Shown: piece after piece, positions 46,629 to 55,587 of the stretch | Position numbering within the stretch: position 1 is the stretch's first letter | Layout: every line of letters begins with the position of its first letter | IMG/VR virus record: IMGVR_UViG_3300049491_000716 | Location: 16,305 to 80,304 of that record | Source of the DNA: a virus | Reading direction: 5' to 3' (one strand) | Length of the DNA stretch: 64,000 bases | The notes under the pieces: generated by a model | Told to the model about the DNA's origin: nothing | The model's input: only the letters and a program-made list of their open reading frames with translations | Databases searched by the model: none | Made by a program: the position numbers and the translations under genes

Positions 46629-47002
46629 TACGTCGTCTCCACCACGATGCTTGCCGCCGTGAAGTTCTGCAAGGTCTGCGCGTCACACTTGATGTGAGTA
46701 GGCACGATCAAGGCGCCCGCCGCGGTGCGCTGCCATGGGGACTCGACGGTCGTGAACGGGACCGGCGTTGTCCCATCCTTTTCAAGAAAGACGCCGCCGA
46801 CCAGTGACACGCTGAACTGCCGAACCCACGTCGCTTGGTTGTCAAAACTGAACCATGGCGTTGCGTTGAGCAGAGCCCCTGAGGGAAGACTGCTGCGGCT
46901 GATTCGAACGCGCAGCCCATTTCCGGCTGGTGTAGCCCATGGGCCAAGCGTTTGGTTGCCGACGACAAGCGCCTGAGCCGTCAGCGTCACGAGAACGGTC
47001 AT
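46628..47002 (-). CDS. Hypothetical structural protein
   Basis: Coupled beta-rich ORF. Confidence 0.6.
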   Translation of the reverse strand: MTVLVTLTAQALVVGNQTLGPWATPAGNGLRVRISRSSLPSGALLNATPWFSFDNQATWVRQFSVSLVGGVFLEKDGTTPVPFTTVESPWQRTAAGALIVPTHIKCDAQTLQNFTAASIVVETT

Positions 47003-47006
47003 AGCA

Positions 47007-48116
47007 TCAGGCGTTGTTGATCATCTGCACGTAGGGCGCGACATGCGACGCCGACGAGCTGATCTGCGACAGCGCGATGCTTGCCGTGGTGGCGCCGGCA
47101 TTGCTGTACGAGCCCAAGCCCTGCTGCCACTGATTCGATGCGCTGTTGGCGATGCCGAACAAGCCGATCGTGTTGTTCGGCTGGCTCATGCCGATGTGGC
47201 TGTGCACGATGCGGGCCGCGCTCAAGTTCGCAGTGCCCTGCGTGGTCTGCGTCGTTGAAACGCCGTAGGCCATGAACATCAAGCCTGCCTGTCGCGAAGC
47301 CGCGAACTTCGTATCCCACATCTTCATGCCGCTCAGCGCCGTCATGTGAGTTGTGCTCACCTGCATCGTGCTGTTCGTGGCGGCGTAGCTGAAGCTCAGC
47401 GATGACGTGCCGTTGCTGACCGGGTAGGTCAGGCCGTGCGTCACGCTGATGTTGTTCGTCGTGTTCTGGCTGACGTTGATTGAGAAGCGGAAGCTCACCG
47501 AACTTGACGAGAAAGACTGCAGGCTCATCGAACTCGCGCCTGTTCCCAGACTGTACAAGACGATGTTGTGGGTTTCCTGCTGGTTGTAGCTGTACGCGCT
47601 GTTGCCGGTGGATGCGAACGACGTCGAGGCCAAGCTCACGGTGTGCGCCATGCGCATGAAGCCGGCCGAGAACTGCTCCCTGACCTGCATCGGGAACACC
47701 ACCGACGTACTCTGCTGAACGGTCTGCGATTGGCTGTTCAGCAGATACGGGACAGCGTTTGCAAAGTAGCTCAGCAGCGGTTGGTAGATGCTGATCGTGT
47801 TGCCGGCCGTGCTGACGGCAATGCCGGATGCGCCGACCAGCGATGAGCTGGCAAGTGCCGACACAATCATGGTTTGATCGGTGGCCGACAACGTGACGTT
47901 GTTGCCGGCTTGGTAGACGAGGTTCGTGCCGCTCAGCGTGCTGGCACCAGCGGTGTTGCCGCTGATCGTCATGAACTGGTTGTGCGCGCTGTTCCAGTCA
48001 CTCGGACGGACCAGCGCGGTAGCCAACGTGGTCGTGGTGGCGCCGAGACTGTTGAAGACCGTGACGGTTCCCGTGAAGTCGGCAACTGAGTTGGACTTGA
48101 CGTGGGAGACTGCCAT
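47007..48116 (-). CDS. Ser/Thr-rich structural (fiber-like) protein
   Basis: LVRPSDWNSAH motif; very high S/T/N content, few charged residues. Confidence 0.7.
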   Translation of the reverse strand: MAVSHVKSNSVADFTGTVTVFNSLGATTTTLATALVRPSDWNSAHNQFMTISGNTAGASTLSGTNLVYQAGNNVTLSATDQTMIVSALASSSLVGASGIAVSTAGNTISIYQPLLSYFANAVPYLLNSQSQTVQQSTSVVFPMQVREQFSAGFMRMAHTVSLASTSFASTGNSAYSYNQQETHNIVLYSLGTGASSMSLQSFSSSSVSFRFSINVSQNTTNNISVTHGLTYPVSNGTSSLSFSYAATNSTMQVSTTHMTALSGMKMWDTKFAASRQAGLMFMAYGVSTTQTTQGTANLSAARIVHSHIGMSQPNNTIGLFGIANSASNQWQQGLGSYSNAGATTASIALSQISSSASHVAPYVQMINNA

Positions 48117-48159
48117 GTGTTTCTCGGTTCCGGGGTTCGACGACTACGTTGGCCTTGGC

Positions 48160-48513
48160 TCAGGGAGCCGGGGTCGCGTCGGGCACCAGTGCGTCGACGG
48201 TGCCGGCGGCGGCCGCGACGGAAGCCGATGCGGCCTTGGCGGCATCGAAGGCTGCCTGCATGGCCGGCGAGACATCGTTCAGACTGGCGATCACGACTTC
48301 GAGGTCAGCGATCTTCTGGATCAGACCTGCGGTTTCGGTGCCGACCTTGGTGATCTGCGTGGTTGCAGCGGTCAGTTGAGCGGTGACTTCCGTCAGGCCT
48401 TGGGCGAGAGCGTCTTGGGACATGGTGATTTCCTTGAGTAGTTGAAGAACGGGCTCGAGACCCGCGATGGAGAACGTGATGCGGTGCTCAACGATGAAGT
48501 TGGGTTCGGTCAT
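48160..48513 (-). CDS. Hypothetical coiled-coil protein
   Basis: Coupled ORF. Confidence 0.6.
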   Translation of the reverse strand: MTEPNFIVEHRITFSIAGLEPVLQLLKEITMSQDALAQGLTEVTAQLTAATTQITKVGTETAGLIQKIADLEVVIASLNDVSPAMQAAFDAAKAASASVAAAAGTVDALVPDATPAP

Positions 48514-49181
48514 TGTTTCACGCAAGCCGTGACTTCGGTTTTCACGGCTCCGGCGATTGCGCAGTACGTGGTAGTGCCGACAACGGCTTTCGCCGAGGCG
48601 CAGTCACAGATGGCGCCCTTGACAGCCTTGCGGCCCGTGACGCCGGTGAGCTTGCCTCCAGCGTAGGTGAAGATGGTTCCCGCCGTCGGCGTGACCCACG
48701 TTCCGGCCGGCGGAGTGATCGGCGTCGGTTTGTAGACTTCGCACCTGGCGGCCGGCTTCACGACGTGCGGCACCATGTTCGACGGCGGGTTGCCGGCAGA
48801 CAGGCATGCCGCGTAGATGAGCGACTTCCAGTCGTACTCGTCTTGTGACCCGGCGGCCGGGGTGATGGTGGCGCTGGTAACCACCGAGTTCAGCGCCAAC
48901 AACTTGTCCGGCGCAGACAGCACACCAGCCATCACGGCCAGCGGGTCGCTGATCGTATTCTGATACTTCTTGAGAACGGCGAACGACTGCCAACGCCACA
49001 TGTTTGTGGTGTTGGGCTCGGGGCACCAGAAGTACACCCAGCGCCCAAGTGGCGTGGCTTCGCTGACCTGAATCGTGCCGGCTTCATTCGGCGACGACTC
49101 GGTCTTTGGCGCGCACATGAACTGCGCGTGGGCTGCTGCCGCCGAGGCAAACAGCACCAGGGCGGTGAGCAGGTTTCGCAT
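48510..49181 (-). CDS. Secreted Cys-rich hypothetical protein
   Basis: Signal peptide ...AAAHA; eight Cys. Confidence 0.65.
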   Translation of the reverse strand: MRNLLTALVLFASAAAAHAQFMCAPKTESSPNEAGTIQVSEATPLGRWVYFWCPEPNTTNMWRWQSFAVLKKYQNTISDPLAVMAGVLSAPDKLLALNSVVTSATITPAAGSQDEYDWKSLIYAACLSAGNPPSNMVPHVVKPAARCEVYKPTPITPPAGTWVTPTAGTIFTYAGGKLTGVTGRKAVKGAICDCASAKAVVGTTTYCAIAGAVKTEVTACVKQ

Positions 49182-49183
49182 TT

Positions 49184-49741
49184 TCAGTCCTGACTGGAAT
49201 ACTGGTTTGGCAGATGCCTGAAGCAAGTGCACGAGATGCAATGCTGTTGCTCTTGGACGCGGGCGCCGCAGGGCTGCGCTTTCTTCCAAAGCTCAAGATT
49301 TTCAGGCCGGTTGTCGGTTTTGATGCCGTTTTTGTGATGGACGTTCTCGCTGCGCAGAAGGGGCCTGCCAAGCAACCGTTCCATCACGAGGCGGTGTTCT
49401 AGCACGTAGCGACGGGTCGTGCCCGCAAGAGATGGGTGGTCTGGCGCATTGGTCATGATGTAACCGCTGCGGTTCATGAGCGTGCCGCCCTTCCACCTAC
49501 CACCCTTCTCACCTTTGGTCTTGCCGGGATTTTCGGCGTACATCTTCAGCAGCGCACAACTACGTGTGCAGTGAATCGCACGCTGAGTTCTTGACCTGTA
49601 TGGGGGCAAGAATTCCTCTTTGCACCACACACATATTTGTGGTGCTATACGCGTGCGGAGACCCGCGTGCTTTTGGCCGTAGTGATACCACCACTGACCA
49701 TCAGCATCCTGCTTGAATCTCTCTGTGTCGAACGGCTTCAT
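49184..49741 (-). CDS. HNH homing endonuclease
   Basis: CVWC...HCTRSC, WKGG, YVLEHRLVME, VHHKNGIKTDNRPENLEL. Confidence 0.88.
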   Translation of the reverse strand: MKPFDTERFKQDADGQWWYHYGQKHAGLRTRIAPQICVWCKEEFLPPYRSRTQRAIHCTRSCALLKMYAENPGKTKGEKGGRWKGGTLMNRSGYIMTNAPDHPSLAGTTRRYVLEHRLVMERLLGRPLLRSENVHHKNGIKTDNRPENLELWKKAQPCGARVQEQQHCISCTCFRHLPNQYSSQD

Positions 49742-49783
49742 TGGCACTCCTTGTGGGAGCGCCAATTATGCCAGCGTGAATCA

Positions 49784-50218
49784 TCACGAAAGGGTAAACA
49801 CCCCCAAAGAATTCATTTGCACAGTCAGCGTGTTGCCGTTGGTGACCGTGAACTGCGCGGTCGACAGTTTCGACCAGCACAGGCACTTGGCGCCCGACGT
49901 GCCGATCACGGCGAACTTGACGTTGTTCAACGCCGAGCCGCTGGCCGTGAAGACCAGGTCGGTGGAGTCGAACTTGTAGGACTTGGCCGAAGCGCCGACC
50001 GTCCAGGCCAAGCCGCCGAGAGCACGGCCGCCGGCGACGTAGCCACCACGCGCGCTGATTTCATTGGTGATGGAAGCGAACGTCGAGAGCGTGAACGTGG
50101 ATGCGTTGCTCGCGCTCGTCGTGAGTTTCATCTTCAAGGCGGTCGTGCCGAGAACGATGGTGCCGTTTCCGATGTACTTTTTGCTTTTGTTGTAGATTTG
50201 CCACGCTGATGCTGCCAT
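49784..50218 (-). CDS. Structural protein (putative fiber/appendage base)
   Basis: NEIS-GGYVAGG, TVTNGNTLTVQ...GVFTL, a common phage structural pattern. Confidence 0.6.
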   Translation of the reverse strand: MAASAWQIYNKSKKYIGNGTIVLGTTALKMKLTTSASNASTFTLSTFASITNEISARGGYVAGGRALGGLAWTVGASAKSYKFDSTDLVFTASGSALNNVKFAVIGTSGAKCLCWSKLSTAQFTVTNGNTLTVQMNSLGVFTLS

Positions 50219-50219
50219 T

Positions 50220-50864
50220 TTAGAACCTCATGAGTTTGAGTAAAGGTTGGGTCGCAACCACCAACGTTTTGTCGGGGTGCAGTTCTCGGAAAAGTCGATG
50301 CTTGTTCTGGCTTGCTTCGTTGAGCCAACCTTTGACTTCCCAATAAGCATCAATCTCGGGAAGGTAGAAATCTGGCAAGTAGGTGCACACGCCGAGGTCG
50401 AATCGGTGCCGCTCGTATTCCCACTTGATGCCGTCACGATCAAAGACTTGCGCAAGGCGCGCTTCCCATGACGATCTGAACGTGACTCCGGCGTATTGAA
50501 CGCGAGGCGTGTGCTGCGGCGATCGGCCCCAATGTGGGCTGTTGCGGCCGGTGAGCTTTTCGCGTTGAGCCTGCGTCCAAGATGTGCCACGCATACGCGA
50601 TGCAGTGGCTGCCCGCTCAGCCTCGGATTGCCGATGACTGAATTTGCCTTTCTTGGCTGCGCTCATCGCGGCGCGAGCGGCATCAGACTTCGGCTTTCCC
50701 AGCGCTGCAGCACTCATCTTGGCCTTTGTAGCCTCGGATGTGATCTTCCCGCGATGCGCAGCACCGATCTTTGCCTTCGTCTCTTCGGAGAGTTTCTTGC
50801 CACGATTCGCCGCGGCCAATTTGGCGCGGTGCTCGGCGGACTTTGGCACGCCAGCGAGCGCCAT
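50220..50864 (-). CDS. NUMOD3 + PD-(D/E)xK homing endonuclease
   Basis: SEETKAKI repeats; FRSSWE, YLPDFYL, EVKG. Confidence 0.85.
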   Translation of the reverse strand: MALAGVPKSAEHRAKLAAANRGKKLSEETKAKIGAAHRGKITSEATKAKMSAAALGKPKSDAARAAMSAAKKGKFSHRQSEAERAATASRMRGTSWTQAQREKLTGRNSPHWGRSPQHTPRVQYAGVTFRSSWEARLAQVFDRDGIKWEYERHRFDLGVCTYLPDFYLPEIDAYWEVKGWLNEASQNKHRLFRELHPDKTLVVATQPLLKLMRF

Positions 50865-52306
50865 TATTTGGACTCCGCGATGTCGGAGAGATCCGCCCCG
50901 GTCTTCAAGATGTGCGAGATGAGGCCGTCGCCATGGACTTGCAGTTCCACCTCATCACCGAGAAACTTCACGAGATCCATGAACTCGGTGGCCTGCGAAA
51001 GCATCCACGGCGTGCACGTGAAAGTGCGGCCGCCGCAAGTCACGGGCATCGTGAACTCGCTGTCGTTCTCGGTCTGCTGATAGGCGTGGTGATTTCCGGT
51101 TTCGCTCATGCACGAGTCGAAGCCGAAGACATGCATGCGACGGAAGCCCAACATCATCAGCAGCGGGATGGCGCGAAGCACCACCGTGCTGCCGCCAGGG
51201 ATCGGGTAGAAAGCGCCGGCTGCCTCGCGGATCAGCGCTTCGGCCTCTTCGTTCACGCCGGAGTGCCAGAGCAGCGTGCGGTCGCGCGGCAGGCCGGCCA
51301 GCGTGCTCGGGTGAACCTGCGAGGCGATCAGGTACTTGCAGTCGGCCTGCACGTTGCGCGTGAAGCGCGCGTTGAACTCGCGGGCGTCAAGCACGATCTG
51401 CGCGCTGACCTTGATCCAATTTTCGAGCGCCCAGTCGTAGGCGCCGTTGACCGTGACAATCGCGCACCCGGCTTCGCGCAGCGCCTTAATGTCTTCGACG
51501 TGGGCCGCCATGCTCGGACCGCCAGCGAGCAGCGCGATCTCGCGGTCTTGCCGGTCGTGCGGCAGCGCGTGACCCCAGCCCGCCAAGATGTTGGACTTGA
51601 CCTGCGCGTCAACCACGGCTTCGTCCGTGTTGATGCGGCCGATTTTGACGATGTCCTTGGCGTTTTTCCACGACGTGCAGTAGATCGCGCAGGCGCCTTC
51701 GAAGTCCTGCGACCAATGCACGACGGCGCCGAGCGCCTTCAGTTGATCCACCCACCAGGCCAGCGGCTGCACGGTCAGGTGCAGTTGCTCGCCGATGCGC
51801 TCGCCCATGACGTCGGGCTCGGTCGCGATGCCGAAGAAGACGTGGTTGGCTGAGTCGAGGATGTTGGCCAGCACCGTCGCCACGTCTTGCGGCGGGATGT
51901 GTTCCATGACGTCGCAGCAGTAGCCGTAGGCGGCCTTGGCGGCGATCGGCTTGGTGAGGTCGCCGACCTCGAAGCTGATGCGGCTGGCCTGAGTGATGCA
52001 GGATTCCGCGACTTCGTGGTCCAAGCAGTTGGCCGCGAAGTCAATCATCTTGACGCGCATGTTGCCGAACAGGCAGAGCATCCATGCGCCGCGGCCGGTG
52101 CCGCAGCCGAAGTCGATGGCCTCGCTGTCGCGCGGCGGCTTGGCCTGCTGCAGGAACAACTGCGCCCAGTGCTCGCCGGGCGAGACCGTGCGGTAGTCGG
52201 GGATGTCCCACATCCGCTGGTACTTGCTGAGTTCGGGGTTCACGGCCTCAATCGGCTTGATGAGAACGTTCGGCGCGTGGCCGACTGCGCCTGCTTGAGT
52301 GATCAT
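50864..52306 (-). CDS. SAM methyltransferase fused to a DUF115/MptE-like (Maf-related) domain
   Basis: IDFGCGTG, CCDVMEHI; then LLAGGPSM, VTVNG, GGSTVVLRA...LGFRRMHVFGFDSC. Confidence 0.8.
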   Translation of the reverse strand: MITQAGAVGHAPNVLIKPIEAVNPELSKYQRMWDIPDYRTVSPGEHWAQLFLQQAKPPRDSEAIDFGCGTGRGAWMLCLFGNMRVKMIDFAANCLDHEVAESCITQASRISFEVGDLTKPIAAKAAYGYCCDVMEHIPPQDVATVLANILDSANHVFFGIATEPDVMGERIGEQLHLTVQPLAWWVDQLKALGAVVHWSQDFEGACAIYCTSWKNAKDIVKIGRINTDEAVVDAQVKSNILAGWGHALPHDRQDREIALLAGGPSMAAHVEDIKALREAGCAIVTVNGAYDWALENWIKVSAQIVLDAREFNARFTRNVQADCKYLIASQVHPSTLAGLPRDRTLLWHSGVNEEAEALIREAAGAFYPIPGGSTVVLRAIPLLMMLGFRRMHVFGFDSCMSETGNHHAYQQTENDSEFTMPVTCGGRTFTCTPWMLSQATEFMDLVKFLGDEVELQVHGDGLISHILKTGADLSDIAESK

Positions 52307-52341
52307 CTGGGTGCTCCAGGTGGTTTGAAGATTGGCTGGCG

Positions 52342-52911
52342 CTATGCCCAGCCGCCGGGGAAATACGAGTTGCAGGATCCGCTGCCGGATCCACCGCCAC
52401 CGCCACCACCGCCGGCGCCGGCGCGACCGCGGGGACCGGCGGGACCGCGAAGGTCAACCCACTCGCCCCATTCGCCGCCCGGCAGTTCGAAGCGCAACTT
52501 CGTGCCGTCCCATTCGTGCAGCGGGATGGCGCCGGTGTCGCCCTTAATGCCGTCGGGCCCCATGAAGCCGCGCTCGCCGCGCGGGCCACGTTTGCCTTCG
52601 ATGCCATCGGCGCCGTTGCGGCCATTGATGCCAGCGTCGCCCCTCTCGCCGCGGGCGCCGCGCAGGAAGGCAAGCCATTCCGCCTCGGTGCCTTCAAATC
52701 CAGCGGTCTGCGCAATCTCAAAGGCAGACTTTCCGTTCAGGCCGTCAATGCCGCGGTCGCCGCGGATGCCGGCGCCATCCTTGCCGTTGATGCCGTCGAG
52801 GCCATCTCTGCCGTCAACGCCATCGCGGCCATCTCTGCCATCTCGACCGGGACGAGCTTTAGCGATGATCTCTTCGATCAGCGCCGCCGTTTCAGGCGCC
52901 AGAGCACTCAC
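52342..52911 (-). CDS. Collagen-like protein
   Basis: Gly-X-Y repeats; GKSAFEIA...GFEGTEAEWL motif shared with 39267-40940. Confidence 0.75.
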   Translation of the reverse strand: MSALAPETAALIEEIIAKARPGRDGRDGRDGVDGRDGLDGINGKDGAGIRGDRGIDGLNGKSAFEIAQTAGFEGTEAEWLAFLRGARGERGDAGINGRNGADGIEGKRGPRGERGFMGPDGIKGDTGAIPLHEWDGTKLRFELPGGEWGEWVDLRGPAGPRGRAGAGGGGGGGGSGSGSCNSYFPGGWA

Positions 52912-54331
52912 GGGCAAATCGCGCGATCAGGTCAACAGCCAAGTCGCGCACCTCATCGCTGACTTCGTCATCAGCGCTGGCTTCAATTGACTTGACCGGG
53001 GCCGGAGTTGGCTCGGCCGGCAGCGCGGCGGGGGCCGGAGACGGAGGCGGCACACTGCCAGGGATCGGCTGCTTGGCCAGCGCGGCGATCGGGAATTTCT
53101 GCTGCTGCATGTACGGCGTCTTGCCGCCTTCGACGGGCGGCAGATTAACGCTGCGGCGGGCTTCGTCGGGAGCCAAGTAGCCGGCGTCCAATTCGATCTG
53201 GTTCTTCTGTGCAATCTGGAGTGGATCCATGCGCAGCAGGCCGTCCAGGTCCAACTCGATGCCGAGTGTCTGGGGGCCGCCAGTGAGTCCGAGGCCTTCG
53301 TCCAGCAGCAACTCGATGTTCTCGATCAGGACTTGCAGCGTTTGGCTGTAGTAGTCCTGGTTCATCTGCGCCATATTGGCGTACTTGATGCCGGAGTCGC
53401 TGGCGATCTTGTGCAGCGGCACATGGAAGCAACGCGCGACGTCCTCGACGGTCCAGCGCAGTTGCTCGATGAGTTGCGCCTGTTGGGCGGGGATTGTCAT
53501 CGGCTCGTACTTCAGGCCGTCGCCGGTCACCAACAGGCGGCCAAGATTGCCGCCGCTGAAGTTGCTCTCAAAATGGGCCTTGAGACGCGCTGACGTTTCA
53601 TCGCTGATCGTTCCGGCGGCCGTGAGGTGCCCGCTGGGTCGGCTCATGTTGTCGAAAAACTTGGCCGAGTTGGTCTGGATACGGCCACCCTGCGTAGCCG
53701 AGATCGCGCAGGCATAGATCGGGCCGACACCGATCAGCGGATGGAAAAAGCAGATGGCGCGGTCGTGGATGACCTCGCTTGCCGGGACCGTGATGCTGTT
53801 TTGCGTGCCAGTCAGGCGGTTCATACCGCACTCGTAGAACACGCTGCCGTCGTCTGCCACCAGCGCCTTCACGAGACGCGGGTCCAAGATGAACATCTGG
53901 ACCACGATGCCACGGTTGTCGCGAACCTTCAGCACGTAGGTATTGCCGTACAGCAGTTTCGACTGAACCCACTGGTTGATGAACTGGATGCGCGTCTGGT
54001 ACTGATTCGGCTTGCGCAGCACCGGGCTGAATGCGGCGTTCGTGGTTTCCTGCCAAACGCCTTCCGAGAAAGCGACGAGCTTCAACCGCAGTTTGGAGAT
54101 GTCGTCGGCGATGAGCGTGACGCAGGCGTAGACGGCACTGAAGGCGAGCAGGCTGTGCTGCGGGTCGGCGATGACGTTGGACTGCCAGGCGCCGGCATAG
54201 GATTCACGGATCGGGCCAAGCCACGAACTGCCGTTGACGGCGTAGGCCGGCACGTTGGTCACCGGCACCGAGGCCTTCTGCAGCGCTCCGATCGCGCTGG
54301 AAACAGTTGACAGCAGACTGAACTTAGCCAC
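52892..54331 (-). CDS. Portal protein (HK97 family)
   Basis: SAVYACVTLIA, LRKPN, YGNTY, EVIH, FFDNMSRPSG, VARCFHVP. Confidence 0.92.
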   Translation of the reverse strand: MAKFSLLSTVSSAIGALQKASVPVTNVPAYAVNGSSWLGPIRESYAGAWQSNVIADPQHSLLAFSAVYACVTLIADDISKLRLKLVAFSEGVWQETTNAAFSPVLRKPNQYQTRIQFINQWVQSKLLYGNTYVLKVRDNRGIVVQMFILDPRLVKALVADDGSVFYECGMNRLTGTQNSITVPASEVIHDRAICFFHPLIGVGPIYACAISATQGGRIQTNSAKFFDNMSRPSGHLTAAGTISDETSARLKAHFESNFSGGNLGRLLVTGDGLKYEPMTIPAQQAQLIEQLRWTVEDVARCFHVPLHKIASDSGIKYANMAQMNQDYYSQTLQVLIENIELLLDEGLGLTGGPQTLGIELDLDGLLRMDPLQIAQKNQIELDAGYLAPDEARRSVNLPPVEGGKTPYMQQQKFPIAALAKQPIPGSVPPPSPAPAALPAEPTPAPVKSIEASADDEVSDEVRDLAVDLIARFARECSGA

Positions 54332-54545
54332 GTGTCATTCCCCGCCAAAGAGTGATGCCGAAGATCAGCGGCAACGGCGCCGCCGAGATGAGCGACCAGC
54401 CAAGGCCGAAGACGATGTAGATGCCAGCAGACAGTGAGGCGGCTCCGGCGAGCACGCAGATCAGGGCGGTCGCAAAAACGACGGTTTGACCATCGTTCGC
54501 GGCGGCCGGCTGCGGGCCCAGCATCACGGTTTGCGTTTCGTTCAC
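54324..54545 (-). CDS. Small membrane protein
   Basis: Two hydrophobic segments, just before the portal. Confidence 0.6.
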   Translation of the reverse strand: MNETQTVMLGPQPAAANDGQTVVFATALICVLAGAASLSAGIYIVFGLGWSLISAAPLPLIFGITLWRGMTRG

Positions 54546-54778
54546 GGCTGCGCGGTCAGGTCGCGGCGGGTGTACGTGCGCTTGGCGCGCTGCGGTTCGA
54601 CGGCTCCGATGTCGGGCGTCAATTCGCGGACTTGGTAGAAATCGGCGCGGCGCGCAAAGCCGATGGCGCGCAACTCGTCGGCGTCACGTTCGCAGTCGGT
54701 TTCGAACGGGTCGCCGTTCTTCAACCATACGCCGTTGTAGCAATGGCTGCCGGTGGCAATCATCTTGACTTTGGTCAT
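54542..54778 (-). CDS. Small head-associated hypothetical protein
   Basis: KRTYTRRDLTA C-terminus, typical of genes after the capsid gene. Confidence 0.6.
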   Translation of the reverse strand: MTKVKMIATGSHCYNGVWLKNGDPFETDCERDADELRAIGFARRADFYQVRELTPDIGAVEPQRAKRTYTRRDLTAQP

Positions 54779-55569
54779 GGGAGTGTTTCCTCAATTGGGG
54801 CAGAAGCGGCTGCCTTCCTGCGCGCCCATCCGATGCGTTTTGCTTCGGAGATGGCGGCGCTGCGTTTGGCCGCGGCGATTGGGTCTGCCCATGCGGCTTT
54901 GGTCGCAGCGGCCTTTTTCTCAGCCATGCCAGGGCGAGACCAGACTTCTTTCCAGTGAACGCTTGATGCAGCCTTTGCCTCATCGCAGGCATAGAAGGCA
55001 CGAAGTGCTTCAGACTTTTTGGCTTTGGTGGTTGGCCTGTTGGCAACCTCGCGTTTTTTCTGCAAGCCTTCTGGACTTGCGTGCGCTTGACGCAGAGCGG
55101 CTACGCGACGCTGGCGTACCTCAGGATCAGCCCAGGCCTTCACCGCCCTGTCTTTGGCCGACAGGGTTTGTTCTGGCGTCTGAATTTGGTCGTTCCCACC
55201 ACCGTCGCTTGCGTTTGTAAGATCGAAACCGAACGACTTCGCCGATGCGATGAAGAACCTCTCGGCGTCTTGCCATGCCATCTCTCGTGGCACACGAAAG
55301 AAAATCAGCAGTTGCGGAGCAAGCCCTGATGAAAGCAGGCTGCGCACCCACTGGCATTGATGGCGGTCGCTACGACCCGATGCAGCGATGCTGATGTGTT
55401 GCATCAACCGCTTCTTCGGCCTGTTCGATTTCCCGATGTACCGAACCTCATTTGTCTTTGGGCAGCACAAACAGTAGATGAATGAAGGATCTAGTTCAGC
55501 TACTGTTTGTGGGCTTGAAGATGCCCCGGATGCTTTGATCTTTTGGATCTTGCTTCCGGGGCCGCTCAC
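54775..55569 (-). CDS. GIY-YIG-like homing endonuclease (start uncertain)
   Basis: FIYCL...VRYIGKS...RLMQH...E-x-x-FI...LTN-x-x-DGG; AWADP repeats. Confidence 0.8.
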   Translation of the reverse strand: MSGPGSKIQKIKASGASSSPQTVAELDPSFIYCLCCPKTNEVRYIGKSNRPKKRLMQHISIAASGRSDRHQCQWVRSLLSSGLAPQLLIFFRVPREMAWQDAERFFIASAKSFGFDLTNASDGGGNDQIQTPEQTLSAKDRAVKAWADPEVRQRRVAALRQAHASPEGLQKKREVANRPTTKAKKSEALRAFYACDEAKAASSVHWKEVWSRPGMAEKKAAATKAAWADPIAAAKRSAAISEAKRIGWARRKAAASAPIEETLP

Positions 55570-55587
55570 ACTTGCTACCTGCTCAGG

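Noticed and set aside
36521-55569. Group I introns or inteins hosting the endonucleases
   Set aside because: Flanking genes appear complete and the endonucleases lie between genes
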